This document shows positions 16,836 through 25,926 of a DNA stretch of 64,000 nucleotides, piece by piece (the stretch's first letter is position 1; every line of letters begins with the position of its first letter). The stretch comes from Alphaproteobacteria bacterium (lineage in GTDB: Bacteria; Pseudomonadota; Alphaproteobacteria; JANQMY01), in NCBI GenBank assembly GCA_965227095.1, contig CBDDFL010000001.1, forward strand, positions 3,039 to 67,038, read 5' to 3'. The notes under the pieces were generated by a model, which saw only the letters and a program-made list of their open reading frames with translations, was not told where the DNA came from and did no database searches. Position numbers and translations under genes: made by a program.

Positions 16836-17183
16836 ATGACTGAGACAAGAAGTGCAGATATCAAAGAGTGGGCTAAAGGTTGGTGGGCATGGAGCCGTAA
16901 TGGAAACGGCAACTGCGAAGGTTGTTTCGTCAGTCACTGGCCAGATGAGAATAACTGCATCGTCATAATGACAGTCCATGACATGTACGGCCAGAAAGAA
17001 TGCGAAGAAGTTGCCGCCCTAGCCGCAGCGGCTCCAAAGATGAAAGCGGCGTTGGAAGAGACACACATCATGATTTCTGAACTCATCCACGATGTTGGCG
17101 AAGAGGAAGAGGTCACACTGCAACAACTGGCAGACCTTCAGGCGGTTGCACGCGAAGCACTCAAGGACATATCAGATGACTGA
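16836..17183 (+). CDS. Hypothetical phage protein
   Basis: 115-aa ORF in the plus-strand operon. Confidence 0.5.
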   Translation: MTETRSADIKEWAKGWWAWSRNGNGNCEGCFVSHWPDENNCIVIMTVHDMYGQKECEEVAALAAAAPKMKAALEETHIMISELIHDVGEEEEVTLQQLADLQAVAREALKDISDD

Positions 17184-17415
17184 GCATTTTGTGGTGACGA
17201 AAAGCGACAAGTTTGTAAGCGATATCACGAACGGTCGTGTAAAATTTACCGGCAAGCTCGAACACGCATGGATCATGGATGAGGCTTTTGCCACTGCCGT
17301 GATCGAAGCTGCGGGGCCTGATTACGTAAAGCGCGACTTAAAAGAACTATCTAGTGAGGTGTGGAGACCCTTTCGTCGCCTCGTAAATCGCGAGTTTAGC
17401 GGACATATCAGATGA
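17176..17415 (+). CDS. Hypothetical phage protein
   Basis: Start chosen at MTEHFVV, overlapping the previous stop. Confidence 0.5.
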   Translation: MTEHFVVTKSDKFVSDITNGRVKFTGKLEHAWIMDEAFATAVIEAAGPDYVKRDLKELSSEVWRPFRRLVNREFSGHIR

Positions 17416-17624
17416 CTGAAGAAGTGAAGCCGGGGTATTGGTGGGCAAAGTGGAATGGTTTTCAAAGCCTGCCAACAATCGTGTTTTTGGAAGAGTCTGA
17501 CGATAGTCAAGTGCAGGTTTGGGGCTGGCCAGAGAATATGTACTTTCATGTCTCCCAAGGGCCAGACGATGATGAGGCGGGTTACGAATTCATCTCACCA
17601 ATCGAACTGCCGGAGGAAGAGTAG
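17412..17624 (+). CDS. Hypothetical phage protein
   Basis: 70-aa ORF with an ATGA overlap with the upstream ORF. Confidence 0.5.
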   Translation: MTEEVKPGYWWAKWNGFQSLPTIVFLEESDDSQVQVWGWPENMYFHVSQGPDDDEAGYEFISPIELPEEE

Positions 17625-17718
17625 ATGGCCTTTATGAGCTTCCATTTTCAACAGCGCAAATATTTCGAGGCCCTTGGTAGGTCAATTTCCCAATGGCGCC
17701 AACAGAGAAGGTTACTCA

Positions 17719-17916
17719 ATGCGTATACACGAGGGCACAACAGTAAGTGAGCACGATCTCTGTCATGTCTGTGGCTACGCGGTCTGGGCGTGTTACTACG
17801 GCCCGCCGCACGAGAACAAGTGCGTTCACGAAATGACGGACCCAATGACGTGCCCCCTCGCCATAGCGATGCGTAATAATGAGCTGACATTGTTGGAGAA
17901 GGTGAGTGATGAGTAA
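17719..17916 (+). CDS. Hypothetical Cys-rich small protein
   Basis: Start chosen at MRIHEG, after an AGAGAAGG-like RBS. Contains CHVCG and further Cys/His residues. Confidence 0.4.
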   Translation: MRIHEGTTVSEHDLCHVCGYAVWACYYGPPHENKCVHEMTDPMTCPLAIAMRNNELTLLEKVSDE

Positions 17917-18184
17917 GCTTGTAAAACGGCGCCAAATCGAAGGCGCTATCAGCAACTTCGAATACATTGAGATGCGTACAAAGCAAATTGCTAAATTAAA
18001 TGAGCTGGATAGCCATTATGCGCCATCTATTTTCAACAGCAGCGAACTTCTCGACTTGTTAAAAAATTGTCGCTATTGGCCAGCAGTGCGTGCCGCACTT
18101 GTGTCGGAAATGGAAAAACAGCTTAAGGTGCACAAGGAACATTTGCGCGAAAGCGGCTTTGATCCGGAGTCTTGGCGGCTATGA
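17906..18184 (+). CDS. Hypothetical phage protein
   Basis: 92-aa ORF overlapping its neighbours. Confidence 0.5.
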   Translation: MMSKLVKRRQIEGAISNFEYIEMRTKQIAKLNELDSHYAPSIFNSSELLDLLKNCRYWPAVRAALVSEMEKQLKVHKEHLRESGFDPESWRL

Positions 18185-18363
18185 GTGACACCCCAAAGCC
18201 AGATCCGCAAATGTTGCGAATGATTGCGTCCGCGAAAGCGGCTGGCTTGGAGAATTTCAAAGTGTCGAAGCTTGGTAAGAAGTACGAAATTGAAGTGTTT
18301 TCAGAGAAACACGCGAACGACGATATCCAAGATCGTATCGAAAGGATGAAAGCCGGTGGCTAG
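18172..18363 (+). CDS. Hypothetical small protein immediately upstream of the integrase (excisionase only by position)
   Basis: 63-aa ORF overlapping the integrase start. No recognisable Xis motif. Confidence 0.4.
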   Translation: MAAMSDTPKPDPQMLRMIASAKAAGLENFKVSKLGKKYEIEVFSEKHANDDIQDRIERMKAGG

Positions 18364-19492
18364 TGATAAGGCGCCCTATTACAAAGTCAGAAAAGGACGT
18401 GGCTTTTTTCAGCTTGGTAAGAAGCGCGCCCGCAAGGCTGGCATGAATTCTAGTATCCCCTTGGGCGTGGACAGCAAAAAGACACGCGCCACGGCTTGGG
18501 TCTACTATCACGAATGGCTCGAAAAGTCTGGCCTTGGTGATGTTATGTCCGACGACAAAGAATACCCCAAGGGGTCTTTGGGAGCGTTCTGGGACGCCTA
18601 CCGCTATACGAAAGCCTGGGAGAAAAAGAAGCTCACCACACAGACAGAGTGGTCCAATTGTTGGAAGTACATCCGCCCATTTTTTGGTGATCGGGGCATA
18701 AAGGATATCTCCCCCGCTGAGTTCGCGGAGTTTCAAGAACATCTTCAAGAGACAAAGGGCGACAATATCCGCTGGCGTGTGGTGAAGGTGTCCCGGGCGC
18801 TCTTTAACGCGGCGGTCAACAACTTCGTTATCGAGGCCTCCCCGGCAAAGTCTCTTCCGAATCCGCGCCCGGCCCCGCGCTACCAAATTTGGCGTGCGGC
18901 GGAAATCGGCAATCTTGTTAAAGCGGCCAATGAATTAAACAAGCCCGCAATGTCACTCGCCATTCGCATTGGCTGGGAAACGGCAATGCAGCCCATTGAC
19001 GTGCGGACTCTAACGCTGTCAGAACGCCTGTCAGACGCGAAGGGCGCCTGGTTCGATACATCGCGCTCCAAAACCAAGAGACCTATTGTAGCGGTGGTCT
19101 CAGACGAATTGAGCCGGGATATAGACGCTTATGTTTCATCTTTGGGTGTGGTGGTATTGCCGGACCAACCGTTTCTAAGAACGTCACGTGACGCCCATGA
19201 ATATAAAAAGGCGCGTTTTTTAACAGACTTCCGAATTGTGCGAGAAAAGGCCTTCGGCAAGCAAGAGAAGCGCCGCTTCCAGGATATTAGGCGCTCGGCA
19301 AACGTTGAAGCAGACCTTGGCGCCGCCACACCAGAAGAGCGTGCCGACTTGCTGGCCAACGCGCTGGATAAAGATCCGTCATTGGATGCCACCTACACAC
19401 CTAAGACAGTAGAGAAGTCTCGTCAGATAGCTGAGAAGCGTTTGGTGGGGCGGAGACATTTAGCGATCAACGTAGCGGAGAATACAGAATGA
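18356..19492 (+). CDS. int: Tyrosine-type site-specific integrase
   Basis: 378 aa. Core-binding-like segment (FGDRGIKDISPAEFAEFQEHL). Catalytic-domain-like segments are AIRIGWETAMQPIDVRTL, SRSKTKRP, FQDIRRSA and ATYTP. Confidence 0.75.
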   Translation: MASDKAPYYKVRKGRGFFQLGKKRARKAGMNSSIPLGVDSKKTRATAWVYYHEWLEKSGLGDVMSDDKEYPKGSLGAFWDAYRYTKAWEKKKLTTQTEWSNCWKYIRPFFGDRGIKDISPAEFAEFQEHLQETKGDNIRWRVVKVSRALFNAAVNNFVIEASPAKSLPNPRPAPRYQIWRAAEIGNLVKAANELNKPAMSLAIRIGWETAMQPIDVRTLTLSERLSDAKGAWFDTSRSKTKRPIVAVVSDELSRDIDAYVSSLGVVVLPDQPFLRTSRDAHEYKKARFLTDFRIVREKAFGKQEKRRFQDIRRSANVEADLGAATPEERADLLANALDKDPSLDATYTPKTVEKSRQIAEKRLVGRRHLAINVAENTE

Positions 19493-19701
19493 AAGTTAAG
19501 GTCTGGATAGACACCGGATTTGTCGGCGCGACTCACGAAGATGAGTTGGAATTTGACGATAACACGCCGATGCTGGTGGTTGAGCGCGAGGTCCAACAAT
19601 GGGTGTTCGATAGGATTGACTATGGCTTCGACATTGTCGAAGAGCAACCCTCAGACGGAGGGGAAAGTGGGAACGCACCCCTCAAAGATAGGACTCAATA
19701 G
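19489..19701 (+). CDS. Hypothetical phage protein
   Basis: 70-aa ORF. Its 3-prime end contains copy 1 of the AAGTGGGAAC repeat. Confidence 0.45.
   Translation: MKVKVWIDTGFVGATHEDELEFDDNTPMLVVEREVQQWVFDRIDYGFDIVEEQPSDGGESGNAPLKDRTQ
19657..19687 (+). repeat. Direct repeat copy 1 (GGAGGGGAAAGTGGGAACGCACCCCTCA)
   Basis: 26 of 28 nt are identical to 20508-20535. Confidence 0.9.
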
Positions 19702-19703
19702 CT

Positions 19704-19970
19704 ATGGACGAAGTAATGTCAGAGAAGTCAGCTGCGACGGCGCGGACCTTTGGCGGCATGGTTTTTCTGCCCACTAACGAAATTACGCGCACCTATGAGT
19801 TTGGGCACGGCAAGCGAACCGTCGTCAGTTGCCCAGCCTGGGTACATGTGAAGATCAGCCACAATGGAGAAACGCACCACATCATCGACAGTCAAGGACG
19901 TGGGCATACGATATCTCCTGGTTGGCTGCGCATCGAATGGGACGTCGCTAAGGGCGTTTCGCCGTTTTGA
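19704..19970 (+). CDS. Hypothetical phage protein
   Basis: 88-aa ORF starting 2 nt after the previous stop. Confidence 0.45.
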   Translation: MDEVMSEKSAATARTFGGMVFLPTNEITRTYEFGHGKRTVVSCPAWVHVKISHNGETHHIIDSQGRGHTISPGWLRIEWDVAKGVSPF

Positions 19971-19982
19971 GGAGGAAAGCGA

Positions 19983-20279
19983 ATGACGACTTGGGACAAC
20001 CTAGACAGCCTTCCGAAAGAACAAAGGCACGCTTGGTACCAAGACATGATGCGCGAAAGCGAACTTCGAAAATATGCCGAATACGTCGTTACACAGGCCC
20101 GCGAGCTTGAGCAGTATCTCTTCAAGACACTCGGGGGCGACGACGCCCCTCTTAGGCTGACAGGTGAAGATGTTTATGCCGAGGGCGCCAAGGAGCGCCT
20201 GCAGGACTTGAGGCAAATGATCCACCTGTTTGACGAGAAAGCCAAATTGTACCGGGGGAAGCAAGGAGGCCGCCAATGA
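19983..20279 (+). CDS. Hypothetical phage protein
   Basis: 98-aa ORF preceded by GAGGAGGAAAG. Confidence 0.5.
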   Translation: MTTWDNLDSLPKEQRHAWYQDMMRESELRKYAEYVVTQARELEQYLFKTLGGDDAPLRLTGEDVYAEGAKERLQDLRQMIHLFDEKAKLYRGKQGGRQ

Positions 20280-20506
20280 CTAAGATCGGCGAGCGGTTTA
20301 ACGAGTACGGCACCCTGGTATCGGTTCACAAATGCCCTGACTGTGGAAGCGAGTTCACCGTCTGCCCGCCTAGCAATTCTGACTGGGGCGGATGCCAGGC
20401 AAAGACGTGTATCTCCTATGACCCAAAACGGGACGCAGACAAACTGTTTGATGAGTCGCCAGAGCTAATTGAAAGACGTTTATCTGAGACTGAAACGAGT
20501 CACTAA
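20276..20506 (+). CDS. Small zinc-ribbon protein
   Basis: 76 aa with CPDCGSEFTVCP...CQAKTC. It is the last phage-side ORF before the junction. Confidence 0.5.
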   Translation: MTKIGERFNEYGTLVSVHKCPDCGSEFTVCPPSNSDWGGCQAKTCISYDPKRDADKLFDESPELIERRLSETETSH

Positions 20507-20507
20507 T

Positions 20508-20557
20508 GGAGGGAAAAGTGGGAACACACCCCTCACAAGTGGGACGAAAGTGGGAAC
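20508..20557 (+). repeat. Direct repeat copy 2 plus additional AAGTGGGA(AC) half-copies next to the prophage end
   Basis: GGAGGGAAAAGTGGGAACACACCCCTCA at 20508-20535. AAGTGGGA recurs at 20537 and GAAAGTGGGAAC at 20546-20557. Confidence 0.9.
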
Positions 20558-20612
20558 CACATGAATGATATCAAGGACTTAGATACCGGGTTAACTGGCG
20601 GAGACGGCCAGC

Positions 20613-23600
20613 GTGGAATTGCGCCTGCCCGCCAGGCTGATCGAGGAGGGGCATCTCTCCGAAGCGCAGCTCGAGACCATCATCATGGCGCATGATGCCC
20701 ATGGGCGCGACCTGCCGGGGAGGTTCACCATCGATGACGACCAGACCAAGCTGACGCGCGCCGATGATGACCTGGACGCCAATGCCTATCGTCTCGGCTA
20801 TTTCCTCGGTGACGGCACCGGCTGTGGCAAGGGACGGGAATGCGCGGGGCTCATCCTCGTGAACTGGCTTGCCGGGCGCAGGAAGGCGATCTGGGTCTCC
20901 AAATCCGCCACGCTCATCGAGGACGCGATCCGCGACTGGACTGATCTCGGCGGCTCGCCCGCCGACATCCAGCCGCTGTCGAAATGGAAACCGGATCAGC
21001 CCATCCCCATGGGCGACGGCATCCTCTTCGTCACCTACGCCACGCTGCGTTCGGCGGGCAAATGCGGCACCTCGCGGCTGAGCCAGGTCCTCGACTGGAT
21101 GGGCGCGGGGTTCGATGGTGTTCTGGCTTTCGACGAAGCCCATGCCATGCAGAACGCGGCCGGGTCCGGGCAGGGCAGGGGGGTCAAACCCTCCCAGCAG
21201 GGCCTTGCAGGCCTCCGGCTGCAACTGGCCGCGCCACGCGCTCGCGTCTTTTACATCTCGGCCACGGGCGCCACCAGCGTGCACAACCTGGCCTATGCCG
21301 CGCGGCTGGGGCTCTGGGGGCAAGGCCCCGAATACCCCTTCCCGAGCAGCGAGAGTTTCGTCTCGGCGATGGAGGCAGGCGGTGTCGCTGCCATGGAAGT
21401 GGTCGCGCGCGATCTCAAGACGCTCGGGCTCTACACGGCGCGCGCCCTCAGCTTTGATGGCGTGGAATATGACGTGCTCGAGCACGCGCTCACCGCGGCC
21501 CAGATCGAGATCTACGACGCCTATGCGGGTGCGTTTCGCACGATCCACCACAATCTCGAGGCTGCACTGACCGCGACTGGCGTCAACGATGCCTCGGGAG
21601 AGACCAATGCCTCGGCCGCACGCGCCTCGGCCAAATCTCGCTTCGAGAGCACGAAGCAGCGCTTCTTCAACCATCTCCTGATGGGCATGAAAGCCCCGAG
21701 CATTATCCGTGCCATCGAGCAGGATCTGGCGGCGGGCAAGGCTTGCGTCATCCAGGTGGTTTCGACGGGGGAAAGCCTGCTGAAACGCCGACTTGAGACC
21801 ATGGACCCGGAGGACGAGCTGGTCGTGGGCGCGCTGACGCCTCGCGACTACGTGCTGGGTTATCTTGAGCAGGCCTTCCCGATTCATGCGCAAAAGTTGG
21901 TCGAGATCGACGGCAACATGGTGGCGGAACCTTTGCGCGACGAGACCGGTGCGTTGGTCGTCTCGCGCGAGGCGCTCGCCCTGCGCGATGCGGCCATGAT
22001 GGAGTTGATGACGCTGGCGCCGATCCCCTCGGCGCTCGATCAGATCCTCTGGGCCTTCGGCGACGAGGCCGTGGCGGAGGTGACCGGGCGCTCGATCCGG
22101 CCACTGAAGGCCGACGATGGCCATCTCTTCATCGAGAAGCGGTCGGCCAGCAGCAATTCCTCCGAGACCCAAGCCTTCATGGACGGCGAGAAGGACATCC
22201 TGATCTTCTCCGATGCGGGCGGCACGGGCCGCTCCTATCATGCCGCAAAGACGGCAAAGAACCAGAAACGGCGGCGGCACTATCTTCTGGAGCCCGGCTG
22301 GCGCGCCGACGCGGCCATCCAGGGGCTGGGCCGCACGCATCGCTCAGCCCAGGTCAGCGCGCCCTTCTTTCGGGTCTGCACCTCGGATGTGCATGGCGAG
22401 AAACGTTTCACCTCGACTATAGCCAAGCGCCTCGACCAGCTGGGGGCCTTGACCAAGGGCCAACGCGAGACCGGCTCGCAAGGCATGTTCCGCGAGGAGG
22501 ACAATCTCGAAAGCCCGATCGCGCGGGCGGCTCTGCGCGGCTACTACGCCGATCTTGCCGCCGGGCGGGCCGAGGCGATGAGCTATGAGAGCTTCACCGA
22601 CTGGACAGCCCTCCGCCTGATCGACAAGGACGGGGTGCTGCTCGAAGAGCTTCCGCCGATCCAGCGGTTTCTGAACCGGGTGCTGGCGCTGCCCATCCAC
22701 ATGCAGAACGCACTCTTTGCCGAGTTCATGCGCCGGATCGCCGATCAGACCGAACGGGCGCGCGCGGCGGGTACGCTCGATCTCGGCGTCGAAACCCTGC
22801 GTGGCGAAAAGATCGAACAGGTCTCCACGGAGGACCTCTGGACCTGCCCGAAATCCGGCGCGGTGACGCGGATCATTGGGCTTCAGGTCAAGGACCCGGT
22901 GTATGTGTTGTCCGCGGATGAGGCGCTCTCGCGCAATCCGGATAAGACCACGATGGTAAACCGCGCTTCGGGACGCGCGGCGCTCATCTCGGCGCGCCCC
23001 ATGCAGATGTATGACGAGGATATCGTCACCCTCATGCGCAAGGCGGTGCGGCCAAACGGGTCCAGCTATCTGGAGGAGGCGCGGTTCGAGTCCTCGGCCT
23101 GGGAAGACATCGGGAGGCACGAGTTTGCAGGGCTTTGGGATGCCGAGGCTGCGCCCCTGCCAAAAACCACCACGACCAAGCTCTACCTGCTGACCGGGCT
23201 GCTGCTGCCGATCTGGAAAGACATCCCGACCACCAATGAGCGCATCTACCGGGTCACGCCGGATGGGGCGACCGCCATGATCGGGCGCACACTGAGCGAG
23301 GAAGGGGCGGCCGCGCTGCGCGCCCGCTTCCTCGTCTCCAACCCGCAAACACCGCAAGAGATGCTGACCGCCGCCCTTGACACCACGGCGCCGGTCGATC
23401 TCGGCCGGGGTCTCACCCTGACCCGTCGCCGTGTCGCAGGCGAGATGCGCCTCGAGCTTGGCGGCGCCGACAAGGGCATGATTGATGGCCTCAAGGCCGC
23501 CGGCTGTTTCACTGAGATCATCGCCTTCCAGCTGCGGGTGTTCCTGCCGCATGGGGACGGGGTCGACACGGGCCGCATTCTGGCCCGGATCGTGGGGCAG

Positions 23601-23633
23601 GGAGCCGCCATGACGGCAGAACAAGCCGCCTGA
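20613..23633 (+). CDS. Strawberry-notch-like SF2 helicase, apparently truncated at the 5-prime end
   Basis: YFLGDGTGCGKGRECAGLILVNWLAGRRKAIWVSKS (Walker A region), LAFDEAHAMQN (DEAH) and a C-terminal strawberry-notch-type region. GTG start at 20613, with an in-frame TAA only 7 codons upstream at the composition break. Confidence 0.8.
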   Translation: MELRLPARLIEEGHLSEAQLETIIMAHDAHGRDLPGRFTIDDDQTKLTRADDDLDANAYRLGYFLGDGTGCGKGRECAGLILVNWLAGRRKAIWVSKSATLIEDAIRDWTDLGGSPADIQPLSKWKPDQPIPMGDGILFVTYATLRSAGKCGTSRLSQVLDWMGAGFDGVLAFDEAHAMQNAAGSGQGRGVKPSQQGLAGLRLQLAAPRARVFYISATGATSVHNLAYAARLGLWGQGPEYPFPSSESFVSAMEAGGVAAMEVVARDLKTLGLYTARALSFDGVEYDVLEHALTAAQIEIYDAYAGAFRTIHHNLEAALTATGVNDASGETNASAARASAKSRFESTKQRFFNHLLMGMKAPSIIRAIEQDLAAGKACVIQVVSTGESLLKRRLETMDPEDELVVGALTPRDYVLGYLEQAFPIHAQKLVEIDGNMVAEPLRDETGALVVSREALALRDAAMMELMTLAPIPSALDQILWAFGDEAVAEVTGRSIRPLKADDGHLFIEKRSASSNSSETQAFMDGEKDILIFSDAGGTGRSYHAAKTAKNQKRRRHYLLEPGWRADAAIQGLGRTHRSAQVSAPFFRVCTSDVHGEKRFTSTIAKRLDQLGALTKGQRETGSQGMFREEDNLESPIARAALRGYYADLAAGRAEAMSYESFTDWTALRLIDKDGVLLEELPPIQRFLNRVLALPIHMQNALFAEFMRRIADQTERARAAGTLDLGVETLRGEKIEQVSTEDLWTCPKSGAVTRIIGLQVKDPVYVLSADEALSRNPDKTTMVNRASGRAALISARPMQMYDEDIVTLMRKAVRPNGSSYLEEARFESSAWEDIGRHEFAGLWDAEAAPLPKTTTTKLYLLTGLLLPIWKDIPTTNERIYRVTPDGATAMIGRTLSEEGAAALRARFLVSNPQTPQEMLTAALDTTAPVDLGRGLTLTRRRVAGEMRLELGGADKGMIDGLKAAGCFTEIIAFQLRVFLPHGDGVDTGRILARIVGQGAAMTAEQAA

Positions 23634-23753
23634 AAAGTCAAAGCGGGCTTCCGGTCGGGCGTCGCGGATCTGGATTTGACCGGTCTGCGCTTTTCGGGCG
23701 CGCGCTGACCAATGCCACGCCCGGCCCCCAAATTCAGACAAGAGGACAGACCT

Positions 23754-24140
23754 ATGACCAATCCCCAAATGGACTATGCCGCGCTTTCGGCTCAGTGGCG
23801 CGCGGAGCGTGAAACCACCCTAAAGGCGACCCGAGCGGAGCTGCTCGCGCAACTACGTGCGCTTGGCATCAGCGAGGTCACTGCCGAATACGAAGGCTAT
23901 GGCGACTCCGGCAATGTCGAGGATGTGACGGTGCAGCCTGCAGACGTCAAACTACCGGAGCCGCTTGCCACAGAGGTTGGCGACTTCGCCTGGTCGCTCG
24001 CCTATCACCATCACCCGGGGTTCGAAAACAACGAGGGCGGCTACGGCACGCTGACCTGGGAGATCACCGGCGACAGTATCACTCTCGATCACGCGGACCG
24101 CTATGTCGAATGCTCGCACAGCTATGACGAGGGGCTTTGA
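23754..24140 (+). CDS. Conserved hypothetical conjugative-element backbone protein
   Basis: Start chosen at MTNPQMDY after AGAGGA. 128 aa, family not confidently recognised. Confidence 0.55.
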   Translation: MTNPQMDYAALSAQWRAERETTLKATRAELLAQLRALGISEVTAEYEGYGDSGNVEDVTVQPADVKLPEPLATEVGDFAWSLAYHHHPGFENNEGGYGTLTWEITGDSITLDHADRYVECSHSYDEGL

Positions 24141-24141
24141 T

Positions 24142-24603
24142 ATGGCTCACCCGCTTCATCATGCCGAAAGCTCTGCCCGGAAATTCGGCGGGGTGCCGTC
24201 TGACTATCAGGCTGTGCACGACTGGTTTGACGCCTCGAAAGAGCACCTCGCGCTCTTCACGCACAGAGCCTTGCGTCACCATGCCCAAGGCCTGTTCGAG
24301 GCCGAACGTGTCTTCGGCCTGACCCTGACCAATAGCGCTGGTCGCGACATCCCCGTGCGCTGGATCGGCGAGCAACATGTTCGCGAAGACTGCCAGGGCC
24401 GTATCCCGAGCATGGCGGACTGGCTGCGACGGATACAGCCTGAGCCATGGATGGCCAATGGCCACATCGACCGGCATTCCGGCGATGAGCCCTGCGGCGA
24501 CCCAAGGGTTGCCTGGGCCTCCGAGGTCGCCGCCGGAAGAACGGTTCTTGGCCTGAAGGATTGGATGGCGGCGCGCGCGACGCAAGCCACGCAAGGTGCC
24601 TGA
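24142..24603 (+). CDS. Conserved hypothetical backbone protein
   Basis: Start chosen at MAHPLHHAESSARKFGG, 1 nt after the previous stop. Confidence 0.55.
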   Translation: MAHPLHHAESSARKFGGVPSDYQAVHDWFDASKEHLALFTHRALRHHAQGLFEAERVFGLTLTNSAGRDIPVRWIGEQHVREDCQGRIPSMADWLRRIQPEPWMANGHIDRHSGDEPCGDPRVAWASEVAAGRTVLGLKDWMAARATQATQGA

Positions 24604-24703
24604 CAGCTCTCGGCCGTTGGCCAAACAAATGCTGCATGGAAGCCCGGTTGGACGACCGGGCTTCTTGCGTCGTTTCCCCACTATTCTTCTTGAGGAGGTT
24701 CGC

Positions 24704-25006
24704 ATGACACTCGATGAAATCAAGGCGGCCGTCGATGCCGGCCAGACCGTGCACTGGGCCAATACCGGCTACGTTGTCCACAAGGACCGGCTCGGTCAGT
24801 ACCTCATCACCTATTTGCCGAATGGTAGCTGCATCGGTCTGACCGACCGGGGCGGGCACCGGCTGAACGGAAAAGAGGCGGAGTTCTTCATCGCGCGATT
24901 GGAGGACGGCGCGGAAAATCCGGGCAGCCAATCAAGACCAGACCGGCAGGGGAGGGGCGTAGCACCCGGAGGCGCGGGGGCATTCCCACTCGGACGGCAG
25001 CTCTGA
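24704..25006 (+). CDS. Hypothetical small protein
   Basis: Start at MTLDEIKAAV, preceded by GAGGAGG. Confidence 0.5.
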   Translation: MTLDEIKAAVDAGQTVHWANTGYVVHKDRLGQYLITYLPNGSCIGLTDRGGHRLNGKEAEFFIARLEDGAENPGSQSRPDRQGRGVAPGGAGAFPLGRQL

Positions 25007-25130
25007 CCCGTGGGCGGGGCTGAAAGGAAAGCAGGCTTTCTGATTTGTGATCCCACGAGGGGTCGAGAAAGCAATCCCGGATGCGCTGGCAAGGACGTCA
25101 GACACCGGCCAATCCAAAAGGAACCATCCC

Positions 25131-25859
25131 ATGTTCGCAGGAACCCTCACCCGCAATGTCGAGACCGCAGCCGCTCAGTACACCGGCATGATCCACTCGA
25201 CGCGCTTTGACATCGCCATCCAGTTGGAGGCGCGGGCCAAGATGTCCGAACGCAGCCCGGATTTTGACGTGACGGCAGTCAACAAATCAGGCCGCAAGGT
25301 GCGCATCGGCACGGCCTGGAACGAGACCGGCAATACCAGCGGCAACCCCTACATCTCGATGCAGATCGATGTCGGCTTCGGCCCGTTCCGGGTCAACGCG
25401 GTGCAGACGAAAGAGGCGCGTGCGGCCCAGAGCGGCGAATTCGAGATCATCCCGCTGGCCTCGAACGGCCTGATGAAATCCGGCTCGATCTCGGGCGAGC
25501 TCACCGCCATGGACGCCGACAATGCCTTCACCGGCTATATCGCCAACATGATGTTCGATCTGGAGTTCATGCTGATCGAGAACAGCTACAAATCCGAGGA
25601 GACCCACCCCGATTACCGCATCGAGGTCAGCTCCCCCAGGGGCACACCGGTCCGCGTCGGCTCGGCCTGGATGGCGAAAAGCGGCCGCACGGGCAATGAC
25701 TACCTGTCGCTGCTGATCAACACGCCCGATGGCGACCTGCGCGTCAACGCCGTGCAGAACGAAGAACAGCGTGGCGGCCAGACCTTCTCGATCATCCCGT
25801 TCATCGACAACGGTGAGCAGCCGCAGGACGCAGGCGCGGGGTTGTCGCTGGTCGCATGA
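25131..25859 (+). CDS. Tandem DUF736-like domain protein
   Basis: Two internal repeats (KVRIGTAWNETGNTSGNPYISMQIDVGFGPFRVNAVQ and PVRVGSAWMAKSGRTGNDYLSLLINTPDGDLRVNAVQ) resemble the DUF736 core common in conjugative elements. Confidence 0.65.
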   Translation: MFAGTLTRNVETAAAQYTGMIHSTRFDIAIQLEARAKMSERSPDFDVTAVNKSGRKVRIGTAWNETGNTSGNPYISMQIDVGFGPFRVNAVQTKEARAAQSGEFEIIPLASNGLMKSGSISGELTAMDADNAFTGYIANMMFDLEFMLIENSYKSEETHPDYRIEVSSPRGTPVRVGSAWMAKSGRTGNDYLSLLINTPDGDLRVNAVQNEEQRGGQTFSIIPFIDNGEQPQDAGAGLSLVA

Positions 25860-25892
25860 TCAACGCGCGAGATTAGACGATCTGCACCGAAA

Positions 25893-25926
25893 GGGGAGCC
25901 GTGGGATCACGGTTCCCCTTTTTCTT
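25893..25926 (+). terminator. Rho-independent terminator after the DUF736-like gene
   Basis: GGGGAGCCGTG-GGAT-CACGGTTCCCC stem-loop followed by TTTTTCTT. Confidence 0.7.

Larger units (their letters stand above)
1..20595. mobile_element. Prophage segment, left part beyond the window: packaging and replication genes on the minus strand, cro-like/cI-like switch, recombination module, integrase and right-end junction
   Basis: Contiguous phage hallmark genes (terL, terS, HNH, primase-helicase, Dam-type MTase, S24 repressor, ERF, tyrosine integrase). Visibly AT-richer than the DNA after ~20.6 kb. Many ATGA-type start/stop overlaps. Confidence 0.85.

Noticed and set aside
23083-23093. GGTTCGAGTCC, a tRNA T-arm-like motif
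   Set aside because: It lies inside the helicase coding sequence, and no acceptor, anticodon or D-arm can be drawn around it.
20571-23768. Long minus-strand ORFs (589 aa, 474 aa and others) antisense to the strawberry-notch helicase gene
   Set aside because: They are Arg/Gly/Ala/Pro-rich shadow frames typical of GC-rich DNA, have no recognisable motifs and fully overlap a well-supported plus-strand gene.
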